Source: an uncultured bacterium
Lineage (GTDB): Bacteria > Gemmatimonadota > Gemmatimonadetes > Gemmatimonadales > GWC2-71-9
Length of the DNA stretch: 59,323 bases
Direction: 5' to 3'
Assembly: GCA_965653495.1 (NCBI GenBank)
Contig: CBFHAJ010000002.1
Location: 1-59,323 of the forward strand
Program-made: the position numbers and the translations under genes
Shown: positions 33,605 through 42,830 of the stretch, one piece after another
Numbering within the stretch: the first letter of the stretch is position 1
Layout of the letters: each line of letters opens with the position of its first letter
The notes under the pieces: generated by a model
The model's input: the letters and a program-made list of their open reading frames with translations, nothing else
Databases searched by the model: none
What the model was told of the DNA's origin: nothing

Positions 33605-33919
33605 TTAGTTGGTCTGCTCGAGCACCGCGAGCGCTGTCTTGAGGCGGGCCAGGGCGGCGGAGATTTGCGTTCCGCCGGTGAGGGACAGGGGGGTGAGCAA
33701 CTGCAGGGCGTTCCGGAGGTGCTCGGCGGCGCTCTCGCGCGAAGCGAAGCGACCGCCGCCGCGATGGCGGCGCTCCAGCGTGCTGCGTCGCTCCGAGCCC
33801 CGCCGCCGGTCGACCACGCGGCGCCGCTCGAACGCGGCGCTCGTCACCATGCGCCGCCGCGGCTCGCTGCGGCGGTCCACTCCCTGACGGCGGTCGGCGA
33901 GCAGGCGGGTGGGAGACAC
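33605..33919 (-). CDS. Hypothetical Arg-rich protein with repeated (D/E)RR motifs and a helical C-terminus
   Basis: The 104-aa ORF abuts the GNAT start codon. Repeats include DRRQGVDRRSEPRRR...ERRRVVDRRRGSERRSTLERR. Coding status is uncertain in GC-rich DNA. Confidence 0.4.
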   Translation of the reverse strand: MSPTRLLADRRQGVDRRSEPRRRMVTSAAFERRRVVDRRRGSERRSTLERRHRGGGRFASRESAAEHLRNALQLLTPLSLTGGTQISAALARLKTALAVLEQTN

Positions 33920-33959
33920 GGGACTGTAATGTGCCTCCTGCCGCTGGCTTCGGCCAGCG

Positions 33960-34119
33960 TCACGCCGCGCGTGCCAGCTCGATCCAGAACCGACTGCCGC
34001 GACCGGGCTCCGACTCGACGCCGCAGCTCGCGCCCCATCCGTTCCATTCCTTTCGCACGATCGCCAGACCGTCGCGCGCGCCAGATACCGTGGGAGGGCT
34101 GGCTAGATTCCGGACACCT
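33960..34119 (-). pseudogene. Histidine kinase HATPase_c C-terminal remnant
   Basis: The minus-strand translation ends ...AGIGVRNLASPPTVSGARDGLAIVRKEWNGWGASCGVESEPGRGSRFWIELARAA*, which is the classic G2-box/tail of sensor kinases. There is no HisKA or sensor part, because the upstream frame runs into the ABC gene on the other strand. The upper boundary is approximate. Confidence 0.5.
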
Positions 34120-35130
34120 ATGCCAGCAGTCGTGAGCGCCACGGGACTCAATAAGACCTTCCGGGTCAAGGTGCGCGACGCCGGCCTCAAGGGCGCGCTC
34201 GCCGCCCTGATCCGACCCCGCTACCGCGACGTGCACGCCGTGCGCGACGTGTCGTTCCAGATCGAGGCAGGCGAAATCGTCGCGTTCCTCGGGCCCAACG
34301 GAGCGGGCAAGACCACCACACTCAAGATGCTCACCGGGCTGCTGTACCCCTCCAGCGGACGAGTCGACGTGGCGGGGTTCGTGCCCTGGACCGGCGGACC
34401 CGACTTCAAGCGGCGCATTGCGCTCGTGCTGGGGAACCGCCAGCAGCTCGTCTGGGACCTGCCTCCCGAAGAGACGTTTCTCTTGAACCGGGCGATCTAC
34501 GACATCGCCGAGCCAGACTATCGGGCGCGCCTGGCGGAGCTGGTGGAGTTGCTGGAGCTGCGGGACGTGCTCGACAAGCCGGTGCGGCAGCTCTCCCTGG
34601 GAGAGCGGATGAAGTGCGAGCTGGCGGCCGCACTGCTGCACCGGCCGCCCCTGTTGTTTCTCGACGAGCCGACGCTGGGGCTGGATGTCACCGCCCAGGA
34701 GGCGATCCGCCGCTTCCTGGCGCAGTACCGGGACCGCCATGGCGCCACTGTGCTGCTCACGTCGCACTACATGCAGGACGTGACTGCACTCGCCTCGCGC
34801 GTCCTGATCATCAACCGGGGACGCCTGCTGTACGATGGCGCGCTCGACGCCCTGGTCGCGCGGATCGCCCGCACCAAGCGCATCGAGCTGGTGCTCGGGC
34901 CCCCCCCCTCTCCGGGCGATGGCGTCAGCGCGGAGGGTCTGGCGCAGTTCGGCGTGGTGAAGAGCTTCCGCTTCCCCAACGCCGTGCTCGAGGTGCGGCG
35001 CGAGGAGGCAGCCGCTACCAGCGCCCGCTTGCTCGCGGCGCTCCCGGTCGCCGACCTGTCGATCGAAGACCCGCCGATTGAAGAAGTCATCCGCCAGGCG
35101 TTCGCCAACGGGTTACGGGAAGACGAGTGA
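34120..35130 (+). CDS. ABC transporter ATP-binding protein (ABC-2 type)
   Basis: Trimmed to the ATG at 34120. Walker A GPNGAGKTT, signature LSLGERMK and Walker B LLFLDEPTLGLD. Confidence 0.85.
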   Translation: MPAVVSATGLNKTFRVKVRDAGLKGALAALIRPRYRDVHAVRDVSFQIEAGEIVAFLGPNGAGKTTTLKMLTGLLYPSSGRVDVAGFVPWTGGPDFKRRIALVLGNRQQLVWDLPPEETFLLNRAIYDIAEPDYRARLAELVELLELRDVLDKPVRQLSLGERMKCELAAALLHRPPLLFLDEPTLGLDVTAQEAIRRFLAQYRDRHGATVLLTSHYMQDVTALASRVLIINRGRLLYDGALDALVARIARTKRIELVLGPPPSPGDGVSAEGLAQFGVVKSFRFPNAVLEVRREEAAATSARLLAALPVADLSIEDPPIEEVIRQAFANGLREDE

Positions 35131-35936
35131 GCCACGTCGCGGTGTGGGCGCGGCGCTACGGCGCACTGTTGCGCGCCGCATGGCTGCAGGACCTGCAGTA
35201 CCGCGCCTCGATCGTGTTGTGGCTCTTGTGGGGCGTGACCGAGCCGGCGATCGCGCTTGGCATCTGGTGGGCGATCGCTGCCAACGGTCCGGTGGGCGGC
35301 TACGACCGGGCCGACTTCGCCCGCTACTTCTTCGCCCTCATGCTGGTGAATCAGCTGACGATCGCGTGGGACTCGTGGTATCTGGACGGGTGGATCCGCG
35401 AGGGTGAGCTCAACTTTCGGCTGGCGCGCCCGCTCCATCCGGCGCACGAGGCGGTGGCCGAGAACATCGCTTACAAGGCGCGCACGGCGGGCATGATCCT
35501 GGTGGTCTGGCTGCTCGCGGCACTTGCCTGGCCAGCCGTGCGGCTGCCGTTCGGGGCGGAACGCTGGGCCCTCACCGCCGTCGCCGTCCTGCTCGCGGCC
35601 GCGATGCGCTTCTTCATCAGTTTCACGACCGGCCTGCTCGCGTTCTGGACCACGCGCGCGACCGCGATCATGGAGCTGCACGCCGGCATCTCGTTGTTTC
35701 TCTCCGGCCGCCTGGCCCCGCTGTCACTGCTCCCACCCGCGGTGGCGCAGGTGGCGGGCGTGCTGTGGTTCCCGTACATGCTCGCGTTTCCCGTGGATCT
35801 CCTGACGGGGGCCGCCCGCGGGGCAGCAGTGCTGGATGGCTTTATCTGGCAACTCGTCTGGTTGGGCGTGTGGATCGGCGCGTATCGGATCGCGTGGACT
35901 CGTGGCATCCGCAAGTACGGAGCGGTGGGCGGATGA
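35127..35936 (+). CDS. ABC-2 family transporter permease
   Basis: The 269-aa multi-TM ORF overlaps the ATPase stop by 4 nt. It reads LQDLQYRASIVLW, typical of ABC2_membrane_6-like proteins. Confidence 0.7.
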   Translation: MSHVAVWARRYGALLRAAWLQDLQYRASIVLWLLWGVTEPAIALGIWWAIAANGPVGGYDRADFARYFFALMLVNQLTIAWDSWYLDGWIREGELNFRLARPLHPAHEAVAENIAYKARTAGMILVVWLLAALAWPAVRLPFGAERWALTAVAVLLAAAMRFFISFTTGLLAFWTTRATAIMELHAGISLFLSGRLAPLSLLPPAVAQVAGVLWFPYMLAFPVDLLTGAARGAAVLDGFIWQLVWLGVWIGAYRIAWTRGIRKYGAVGG

Positions 35937-36718
35937 GGAGGTTCCGCGTTCTCGTCGCCCTATGGCGTCTCAATTTCGCCGAGGAGCTGCAGTATCGCGC
36001 CAACTTCGTGGCGAGCGTGCTCGGCACCTCGTTCTGGATCATCACCGCCCTGCTCACGCTGGCGGTGTTCTTCCACCATACCAGCCGCCTGGGCGACTGG
36101 GACTACTGGGAGGTCGTGGTGCTGCTGGGCGTGTTCAACACGCTCACGGGTGTGGTGGAAGCGGTGCTGCGGCCGGGCATCGGCCGGCTGGCAGGAGAGG
36201 TGAAGAGCGGGGGGCTCGATCTCGTGCTCGCGAAGCCGGTGGACCCGCAGGGGTTCGTCTCGTTCCGCAGGCTGGACGTGTGGCGCTTGACCGACGTGGT
36301 GCTCGGCCTCGGGCTCTCCGGGTACGCCCTCTACCGGCTGGGCCACATGCCGTCTCTGGCACAACTTGCGGCGTTCGTCCTGGCTCTCGCGGCTGCGGCC
36401 ACGGTCGTCTACGCACTGTGGGTAGTGCTGATGAGTCTGGCGTTCTGGTTCGTCTCGGTGGACAACATTTCGGTGCTGTTCGACGCGGTGTACGAAGGAG
36501 CCCGCTATCCCGTGTCGGCGTACCCCGGGGTGCTGCGGTTCGTGTTCGTATATCTCATCCCCATCGCCTGGACGACGACCATCCCCGCGTCCGCGCTCAC
36601 GGGGAGGCTCGAGCCGGCGTTCGCGTTGGTGGCGGCCACCGTGGCGGGTGTGGCTTTTGCGCTGGCCCGGCTGTTGTGGCGGACCGCGCTGCGGAGGTAC
36701 TCCGGAGCGAGCGGCTGA
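35933..36718 (+). CDS. ABC-2 family transporter permease (second subunit)
   Basis: Trimmed to the ATG at 35933 (ATGA overlap). It begins MRRFRVLVALWRLNFAEELQYRANF and is multi-TM. Confidence 0.7.
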   Translation: MRRFRVLVALWRLNFAEELQYRANFVASVLGTSFWIITALLTLAVFFHHTSRLGDWDYWEVVVLLGVFNTLTGVVEAVLRPGIGRLAGEVKSGGLDLVLAKPVDPQGFVSFRRLDVWRLTDVVLGLGLSGYALYRLGHMPSLAQLAAFVLALAAAATVVYALWVVLMSLAFWFVSVDNISVLFDAVYEGARYPVSAYPGVLRFVFVYLIPIAWTTTIPASALTGRLEPAFALVAATVAGVAFALARLLWRTALRRYSGASG

Positions 36719-36727
36719 CCGCCCCGC

Positions 36728-37564
36728 TCACTCGACGCCGGCGATACCGCCGCTCGGGCGGGCGACCGTAGCGAGCGCCGCGCTCGCGTCGGGCCAGCGC
36801 CCGCCGGGCTCCTGGGCCAGGCAGCGGCGCGTCAACTCCGCGAGCCAGGGCGGGACCGAGCGCGCCTCTTCCAGCGACTCGGACTCGGGCGCCGGCGGCC
36901 GACCCGTCAACATCTCGTACAGCAGCACACCGACGGCGTACATGTCATCCGGGGAGGTGGCCGCCCCGCCGCCCGGAGCGGAGCCGCGCCGCTCCGGGGC
37001 GACGTAGCTCGCCGCGCACAGTGCTCCCGTGGCAGAGCCGGATCCGGGGGCGCCGCGCGCCAGCGAGCGGTCCACTGCGCCCACCACCCCGATGTCGGCC
37101 ACGAGCGAGCGACCATCCGTCAGAAGCTCGTTCTCCGGCTTCAGGTCGCCGTGGACGATCTTCGCGGCGTGGGCGTGGGCCAGGGCCGTCAGCACGTCCC
37201 GCAACACCTCCACGGCGCGCCGCAGCGGCAGCTCACCGTTGCGCGCCAGCCAGGCGCGCAGCGTCGTGCCCTCGACGAACGCCCGCGTGTGGTACACGAA
37301 CGCCCCCGCGCGCCCGGCGCCCCGCGGGAGCACCAGGGGTGGGGGGCCCTCTAAGCGCTTGGCTAGCAGCAACAGCTCGCGCTCGAACAGGCCTTCGTCC
37401 ACGGCGAGCGACAGGTCACCCGGTAAGACCTTCACGAGCAGGGCCGGGCCGCCGGCGACCTCGAGGGCCACGAACATGCGGCACACCCCGACCGCGCGCA
37501 CCTCGCGCTCGACCCGGTAAATCGGGCCCAATGCCTCTTGCAGCGCCGTGCGCAAGTCAGCCAC
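36728..37564 (-). CDS. Stand-alone Ser/Thr protein kinase-like domain (non-RD, degenerate Gly loop)
   Basis: HGDLKPEN replaces HRD, DIG replaces DFG, and YVAPE and DMYAVGVLLYEMLTGRPP are present. The Gly-rich loop is replaced by REVRAVGVCRM. GTG start. Confidence 0.65.
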   Translation of the reverse strand: MADLRTALQEALGPIYRVEREVRAVGVCRMFVALEVAGGPALLVKVLPGDLSLAVDEGLFERELLLLAKRLEGPPPLVLPRGAGRAGAFVYHTRAFVEGTTLRAWLARNGELPLRRAVEVLRDVLTALAHAHAAKIVHGDLKPENELLTDGRSLVADIGVVGAVDRSLARGAPGSGSATGALCAASYVAPERRGSAPGGGAATSPDDMYAVGVLLYEMLTGRPPAPESESLEEARSVPPWLAELTRRCLAQEPGGRWPDASAALATVARPSGGIAGVE

Positions 37565-37963
37565 GCTAGAGCGAGCTCCTGTGGGAGTGACTGAACATAG
37601 CCGCGCTTCGGAACCGCGCCAGCAATCGCGGCGCAGCGACGCGCGGTCCCACTCGGGGCGCGCGGCAGCCGGCAGAGTCCGGCCGCGCTATCCGGGTCCC
37701 GCGTCCTTGGATTCTACAGGGACGATCAAGCCCACCGCTGGCCGGACGTGCTGGAGCACTTCTGGATCGGAAAGCTTTCGGCCCGCTGGCCCGTGCCGGC
37801 CGGCGATTCAGCCTGGCGCGGGGCGGGTCCCCGCATGACGTGGTGCGCCGGACCCGGCGCCCGGACGAGGTGTGGTTATTCCGGCTGGGCGACACCCGGC
37901 GGATCGCGCGCCTCGAGCGCGGCACGCCGTGGCGCCCCCCACCCCCCCCGTCCCCCGGCCCCG

Positions 37964-38068
37964 TCACACCATGGCGGCGCCGTCCCGCGCGAGCAGCCGG
38001 GCGATAGCGGCACCGATGCCGCGGCTGGCGCCTGTCACCAGCGCCACGCGGCCGTCGAGCGTGCTCAC
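37964..38068 (-). pseudogene. Short-chain dehydrogenase N-terminal remnant (34 codons)
   Basis: The translation is VSTLDGRVALVTGASRGIGAAIARLLARDGAAMV*, so only the Rossmann TGxxxGxG head is present. GTGA overlap with the upstream stop. The next approximately 400 bp downstream hold no convincing ORF. Confidence 0.45.
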
Positions 38069-38568
38069 AGGTACCGCGCCACGGCCATCGCGCCGGCAGC
38101 GACGACCAGCAGCACGGCGGTCACGACGGTCATGCGGTCGAGCAACGCTTGCAGCGCAGCGGCGCGCGCCGCGTCGGCGGGTGCGGGAGTCCCACCCGCG
38201 TTCTCCGTTCGCCGCCGCAGCCGCTCGATCTTCACCCCCACCGGGGCATTGACGCCGACCCCTACCACGACCGCGAGCAGGGCGGCGAGCGCCCCCACGC
38301 CGAGCGCCATCCCGGGTCGCGAGGTGACCCAGGCGTGATTGAAGCCGGCGGAGAGGCGCCCGTACATGACGAATCCCGACACGACGGTGAGCAGCATGCT
38401 CCCGCCAAGCGCGGCGCCCAGGCCGCGACCTTGCATCAGGCGCGCCAGAAAGCGCCGGCCCTCGCTTCCAGAAGCGCGGGCGGCCGGAATGAGGAACGCG
38501 GCGATCATCACCGTTGAGCCTACCCAGAAGATGCCCGCCAGGATGTGCACCAGCCGCAGCCAGACCAT
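38065..38568 (-). CDS. Four-TM integral membrane protein of unknown function
   Basis: I trimmed the 689-aa track ORF to the ATG at 38568 (MVWLRLVHILAGIFWVGSTVMIAAFLIP). The gene is divergent from the TetR gene. Confidence 0.6.
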   Translation of the reverse strand: MVWLRLVHILAGIFWVGSTVMIAAFLIPAARASGSEGRRFLARLMQGRGLGAALGGSMLLTVVSGFVMYGRLSAGFNHAWVTSRPGMALGVGALAALLAVVVGVGVNAPVGVKIERLRRRTENAGGTPAPADAARAAALQALLDRMTVVTAVLLVVAAGAMAVARYL

Positions 38569-38584
38569 CCGCCACCTCGCCGCA

Positions 38585-38625
38585 TGAGTTAGTTGACTAT
38601 ACAGTAGGTCTAGTTCATTTTTTTC
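38585..38625. promoter_or_regulatory. AT-rich imperfect palindrome in the TetR divergent intergenic region (candidate operator/promoters)
   Basis: TGAGTTAGTTGACTATACAGTAGGTCTAGTTCA has outer arms TGAgTTAG/CTAgTTCA and inner arms CTA-N5-TAG. It also contains a TTGACT hexamer. Confidence 0.35.
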
Positions 38626-38679
38626 CGGTGGCGTGACCTGACCGCTCGCCGCTACCGACTGGGCCGCCGCCAGGCGACC

Positions 38680-39240
38680 GTGGACCGCACCCGGACCCGC
38701 ATCCTGGACGCGGCCCGGGCGCTGTTGCGTGGCCGTGACCGCCGCGACTTCAGTCTCGACGCCGTGGCGCGGCGGGCCGGCGTCACGCGAGCGACCGTGT
38801 ATCAGCATTTCGGATCGCGCCCCAAGCTGCTCGAGGCCCTGTTCGACGAGCTGGCGCGCCGCGGCGGGATGTGGGACCTGGCCACCGCCTTTCGCCGACG
38901 CGACCCCCACCAGGCCCTCGCCCGATTCGTCGCCACGTTCGGACGCTTCTGGACCGCGCACCGGCCATTGCACCGCCGCCTGATGGCCCTGGCGGTGCTC
39001 GACCCCCAGCTCGGGCGCACGCTGCGCGCGCGCCAGGAGTGGCGCCGGCAGGGACTGCGCGTGCTCGTGGGCCGGCTGCGCCCTGGTCAGGCGCCGGACC
39101 GCGACGCGGTCGACCTGCTGTTCACCCTGACGAGCTTCGAGACCTTCGACTCGCTCGCCGGCGCCGCGCGGAAGCCCGCCGCCGTCGCGCCGATCGTGCT
39201 CCGCGCCGCACTGCGGGTGCTTGCCAACCCGTCCCTTTGA
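38680..39240 (+). CDS. TetR/AcrR-family transcriptional regulator
   Basis: ILDAARALL...FSLDAVARRAGVTRATVYQHFGSRPKLLEALF is the TetR_N HTH. GTG start. Confidence 0.85.
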   Translation: MDRTRTRILDAARALLRGRDRRDFSLDAVARRAGVTRATVYQHFGSRPKLLEALFDELARRGGMWDLATAFRRRDPHQALARFVATFGRFWTAHRPLHRRLMALAVLDPQLGRTLRARQEWRRQGLRVLVGRLRPGQAPDRDAVDLLFTLTSFETFDSLAGAARKPAAVAPIVLRAALRVLANPSL

Positions 39241-39312
39241 GGGCACACTTGCGCGCCCCCCTCCCGGAGAATCCCGTGGCGTTACGCGACCGCCGGCCCG
39301 ACCCTTGCCGCC

Positions 39313-40965
39313 GTGCTCGGCCTTCCCCTGGCGCTCCCCCCGGCGCTCGCCGCGCAGGGCCCTCGGGTCGAGATCACGGTGCCCGCCGCGGTGCGCGGCG
39401 CGCCGCTCACGGGACGGATGTACGTGTTCGTGACCCGGCACGACGACGTCGAGCCGCGGCTGCAGGTGCGCCACGAGAGCGACTGCACGCCGTTTTTCGG
39501 CGTCGACGTGACCGATCTCGCGCCGGGCACACCCGGCGTGATCGATGGCGCCACGCTGGGCTATCCAGTGGCGAGTCTGCGGGACCTTCCCGCGGGCGAC
39601 TACTACGTGCAGGGCCTCGTCAACGTGTATTCGGAGTTCCGGCGCGCCGACGGCCACACGCTGTGGCTGCACGACGATCAGTGGGAGGGCCAGCAGTTCA
39701 ACCGCTCGCCCGGAAATCTGGTGAGCGAAGTCCGCAGGGTGCATCTCGATCCCACCCGCGCCGACACCGTGCGCCTCGAGCTGACGCGCACCCTGCCCCC
39801 CATCGAGCTGCCGCCCGACACGAAGTGGGTGAAGCACGTCAAGATCCAGAGCAAGCTGCTCACGGCGTGGTGGGGCCGGCCGATCTACCTCGGCGCGACG
39901 GTGTTGTTGCCGCGCGGCTACGACACGGACACGGCACGCCGCTATGCCACCGTGTATGAGCAGGGCCACTTCAACCTGCGGCCGCCGTTCGATTTCTCGA
40001 CCGATTCGACGCCCGAAACGCCGCAGCAGCGCGCCGCGCGGCTGGCGCGCTCGGCGCGCGAACCCGGGTACGAGTTCTACAAGGCCTGGAGCTCGCCGCG
40101 GTTTCCCGCCCTCATCGCCGTAACATTCCAGCATCCCACTCCCTACTTCGACGATTCGTACGCGGTGAACTCAGCGAACAACGGCCCCTACGGCGACGCG
40201 CTGCTGCAGGAGCTGATTCCCTATCTCGAGGCGCACTTCCGCATGATCCGCCAGCCGTGGGCCCGACTCCTCACCGGCGGCTCGACGGGCGGCTGGGAGG
40301 CGCTGGCGCTGCAGCTGTACCATCCCGATTTCTTCGGCGGAACCTGGGTGCTGTACCCCGACCCCGTCGACTTCCGCAACTATGAGATCCCCGACGTCTA
40401 CAGCGACACGAACGCCTTCGTCCATCGGGTCGCCGAGTGGATGACCTATGACGTCCCCGCAGAGGACGAGGTCACCGGCCAGCCGCGCATCACGATACGA
40501 ATGGAGAGCCAGTTCGAGGCGGTGCTGGGTAGCCACGCCCGTTCGGGCGAGCAGTTCGCGATCTGGGAGGCGACCTACGGGCCGACCGCGCCCGACGGCT
40601 ACCCCGCGGAGCTGTGGGACCTGCGCACCGGTACGATCGACCACGCCGTGGCCGACTATTTCAGGGCGCACGACTACGACCTGCGTGACTATCTCGAGCG
40701 CAACTGGGCGACGCTCGGCCCCAAGCTGCGCGGCCAGATCCACGTCTTCGTCGGCGACATGGATACGTTCTATTTGAACCTCGCCGTCTATCGGCTCGAG
40801 GAGTTCTTGCAGCGGGCCCGGCCGCCGGCCGACGCCGAGTTCGCGTACGGGCGACCGATGAAGCCGCACGGCTGGCAGCCGTGGACCAACGCGGAGCTGA
40901 TGCGCATCATGAGCCGGCACATCGAGCGCCGGCGCAACGCCGGCCGGCCCGGCATCGTACACTGA
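39313..40965 (+). CDS. Secreted putative esterase (alpha/beta hydrolase, enterochelin-esterase-like)
   Basis: The nucleophile elbow LLTGGSTGGWEAL (GxSxG) is present, with a beta-rich N-terminal domain. An in-frame stop lies at 39238-39240, so GTG 39313 is the first canonical start. Confidence 0.6.
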   Translation: MLGLPLALPPALAAQGPRVEITVPAAVRGAPLTGRMYVFVTRHDDVEPRLQVRHESDCTPFFGVDVTDLAPGTPGVIDGATLGYPVASLRDLPAGDYYVQGLVNVYSEFRRADGHTLWLHDDQWEGQQFNRSPGNLVSEVRRVHLDPTRADTVRLELTRTLPPIELPPDTKWVKHVKIQSKLLTAWWGRPIYLGATVLLPRGYDTDTARRYATVYEQGHFNLRPPFDFSTDSTPETPQQRAARLARSAREPGYEFYKAWSSPRFPALIAVTFQHPTPYFDDSYAVNSANNGPYGDALLQELIPYLEAHFRMIRQPWARLLTGGSTGGWEALALQLYHPDFFGGTWVLYPDPVDFRNYEIPDVYSDTNAFVHRVAEWMTYDVPAEDEVTGQPRITIRMESQFEAVLGSHARSGEQFAIWEATYGPTAPDGYPAELWDLRTGTIDHAVADYFRAHDYDLRDYLERNWATLGPKLRGQIHVFVGDMDTFYLNLAVYRLEEFLQRARPPADAEFAYGRPMKPHGWQPWTNAELMRIMSRHIERRRNAGRPGIVH

Positions 40966-41010
40966 GCGGGTCCCGAGATTCGCTCCTCACGTCTCTGCCT
41001 GGAGAATTCC

Positions 41011-42708
41011 ATGCACCGGTGTGCCCCCGCCCCCCTTCCCCTCCTCGTCGCATTGCTCGTTCCGGCTCCGGCCCCGGCACAGGCCGTCCTGCCCCGCACC
41101 CACAAGCCGGAGCGCACGGTCCCGGCGATCACGGCCCGAGACTTGATGACCCGCCTCTACATCTTCGCCGACGACTCGATGCAGGGGCGGCAAGGGGGGA
41201 CGATCGGCAACGTCAAGGGGACAGATTACATCGCCGCGGAGGTCAAGCGGCTCGGCCTCGAGCCGGCGGGCGACGCAGGGAGCTACTTCCAGACGATTCC
41301 GCTCAAAACGCGGACCTTCGACACCACGTCGACGTTCGCAGTGGCGGGAGCGCCGCTCGCCCCGGCCGACTATCTCGCGCTCGGACCTCGTTCGCTCGAG
41401 AGCCCCGCGCTCGACGTGATTTATGGGGGGAACGCCGCCGACTCGACGACCTGGGTCGGCACCGATCAGGCCGCCGGAAAGCTGGTGGTGTTCGCGGTGC
41501 CGGGGGGGGTCACCGGCTTGCGCGCGCTGCGGGCCGGGCCGCGCATCCCGGGATCAGCGGCGGTGGCCCTGGTCGCGCTCGACAGCCTGCCGGAGATCGC
41601 CGCCTTCCTGCACCGCCCGCGGTCGTTTCTCGATGACGAGCAGAGCCCCGGGGCGGCGCAGGCCTCGGGGTTCCTGATCACTGCGGCGGCCGCAGCCAAG
41701 ATGTTTTCGACCCCGCTCGACCAGCTCAGCGTCGGCGCGGCGGGAGGCAAGGTAGCCATCGCCGTGCGGTTCGACGTGCAGCCCGTCGCCGACCCGGCGC
41801 GCAACGTGGTGGCGATCGTGCGCGGCAGCGACCCGCGGTTGCGCGGCGAATTCGTGGCCATCGGCGCCCACAACGATCACATCGGGATGACCCGCCGGCC
41901 CGTGGACCACGACTCGATCCGTATCTGGAACCACCTGGTGCGTCCCGAGGGGGCCGACGACGCGGGCAAGCAGGCGGCCCCGGGGCAGCAGGCGCGCGTC
42001 GATTCGCTGCTCGCCGCCTTCCGCACCGCTCACCCGGGCGCCGACCGCCCCGACTCGATCAACAACGGCGCCGACGACGACGGCTCCGGCTCGGTATCGG
42101 CGCTCGAGATCGCCGAGCGGATCGTGACGCTCAAGACGAAGCCCAAACGCTCGATCCTGTTCGTGTGGCATACCGGCGAGGAGATGGGCCTGCTCGGGTC
42201 GCGCTACTTCACGGACCATCCCACGGTGCCGCGCGACTCGATCGTGGCGCAGCTCAACATGGACATGGTGGGGCGGGGGGACCCGGACGACGAGACCGGC
42301 CGTACCAAGGACGGCGTCCCGCTGCACGGGAGCCCGCGCTACCTGCAGCTGGTCGGGTCGCGTCGCCTCTCGACCGAGCTGGGCGATCTGATCGAGCGCG
42401 TCAACACGCAGGGCCGTCACGGGCTCGCCTTCGACTACTCCATCGACGCCGACGGCCATCCGTCGAACATTTACTGCCGCTCCGACCACTACGAGTACGC
42501 GCGCTACGGCATCCCGATCACGTTCTTCACAACCGGCCTGCACTCCGACTATCACCAGGTGACCGACGAGCCCGAGTACATCGACTACGAGCACATGGCG
42601 CGGGTCGCGAATCTGGTGGAAGACATCGCGGTACACGTCGCCGACCTGGACCACCGCGTCGTGGTGGATCACCTCAAGCCCGATCCGAGCGCGCCCTGCC
42701 GTCAGTGA
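41011..42708 (+). CDS. M28-family metallopeptidase (aminopeptidase) with PA-like insert
   Basis: It has a signal peptide. Motifs seen: IGAHNDHIG, NNGADDDGSGSVSALEIA, HTGEEMGLLGS, LNMDMVG and RSDHYEYARYGIP. Confidence 0.85.
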   Translation: MHRCAPAPLPLLVALLVPAPAPAQAVLPRTHKPERTVPAITARDLMTRLYIFADDSMQGRQGGTIGNVKGTDYIAAEVKRLGLEPAGDAGSYFQTIPLKTRTFDTTSTFAVAGAPLAPADYLALGPRSLESPALDVIYGGNAADSTTWVGTDQAAGKLVVFAVPGGVTGLRALRAGPRIPGSAAVALVALDSLPEIAAFLHRPRSFLDDEQSPGAAQASGFLITAAAAAKMFSTPLDQLSVGAAGGKVAIAVRFDVQPVADPARNVVAIVRGSDPRLRGEFVAIGAHNDHIGMTRRPVDHDSIRIWNHLVRPEGADDAGKQAAPGQQARVDSLLAAFRTAHPGADRPDSINNGADDDGSGSVSALEIAERIVTLKTKPKRSILFVWHTGEEMGLLGSRYFTDHPTVPRDSIVAQLNMDMVGRGDPDDETGRTKDGVPLHGSPRYLQLVGSRRLSTELGDLIERVNTQGRHGLAFDYSIDADGHPSNIYCRSDHYEYARYGIPITFFTTGLHSDYHQVTDEPEYIDYEHMARVANLVEDIAVHVADLDHRVVVDHLKPDPSAPCRQ

Positions 42709-42830
42709 GGCGGTTTGGCAACGGCTGACACGCGAAGTGCGGCGCACACGCAACAATCAGAGGCTGTAACATGGCCGTTACAGCGGCGGCGACGACGCGC
42801 CCGCGAATTGCAGCGTCACCGCGACATCGT

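Noticed and set aside
38569-40134. Upstream 520 aa of track ORF 38065..40134
   Set aside because: It runs antisense through the TetR and esterase genes. Only the last 167 codons look like a real (membrane) protein.
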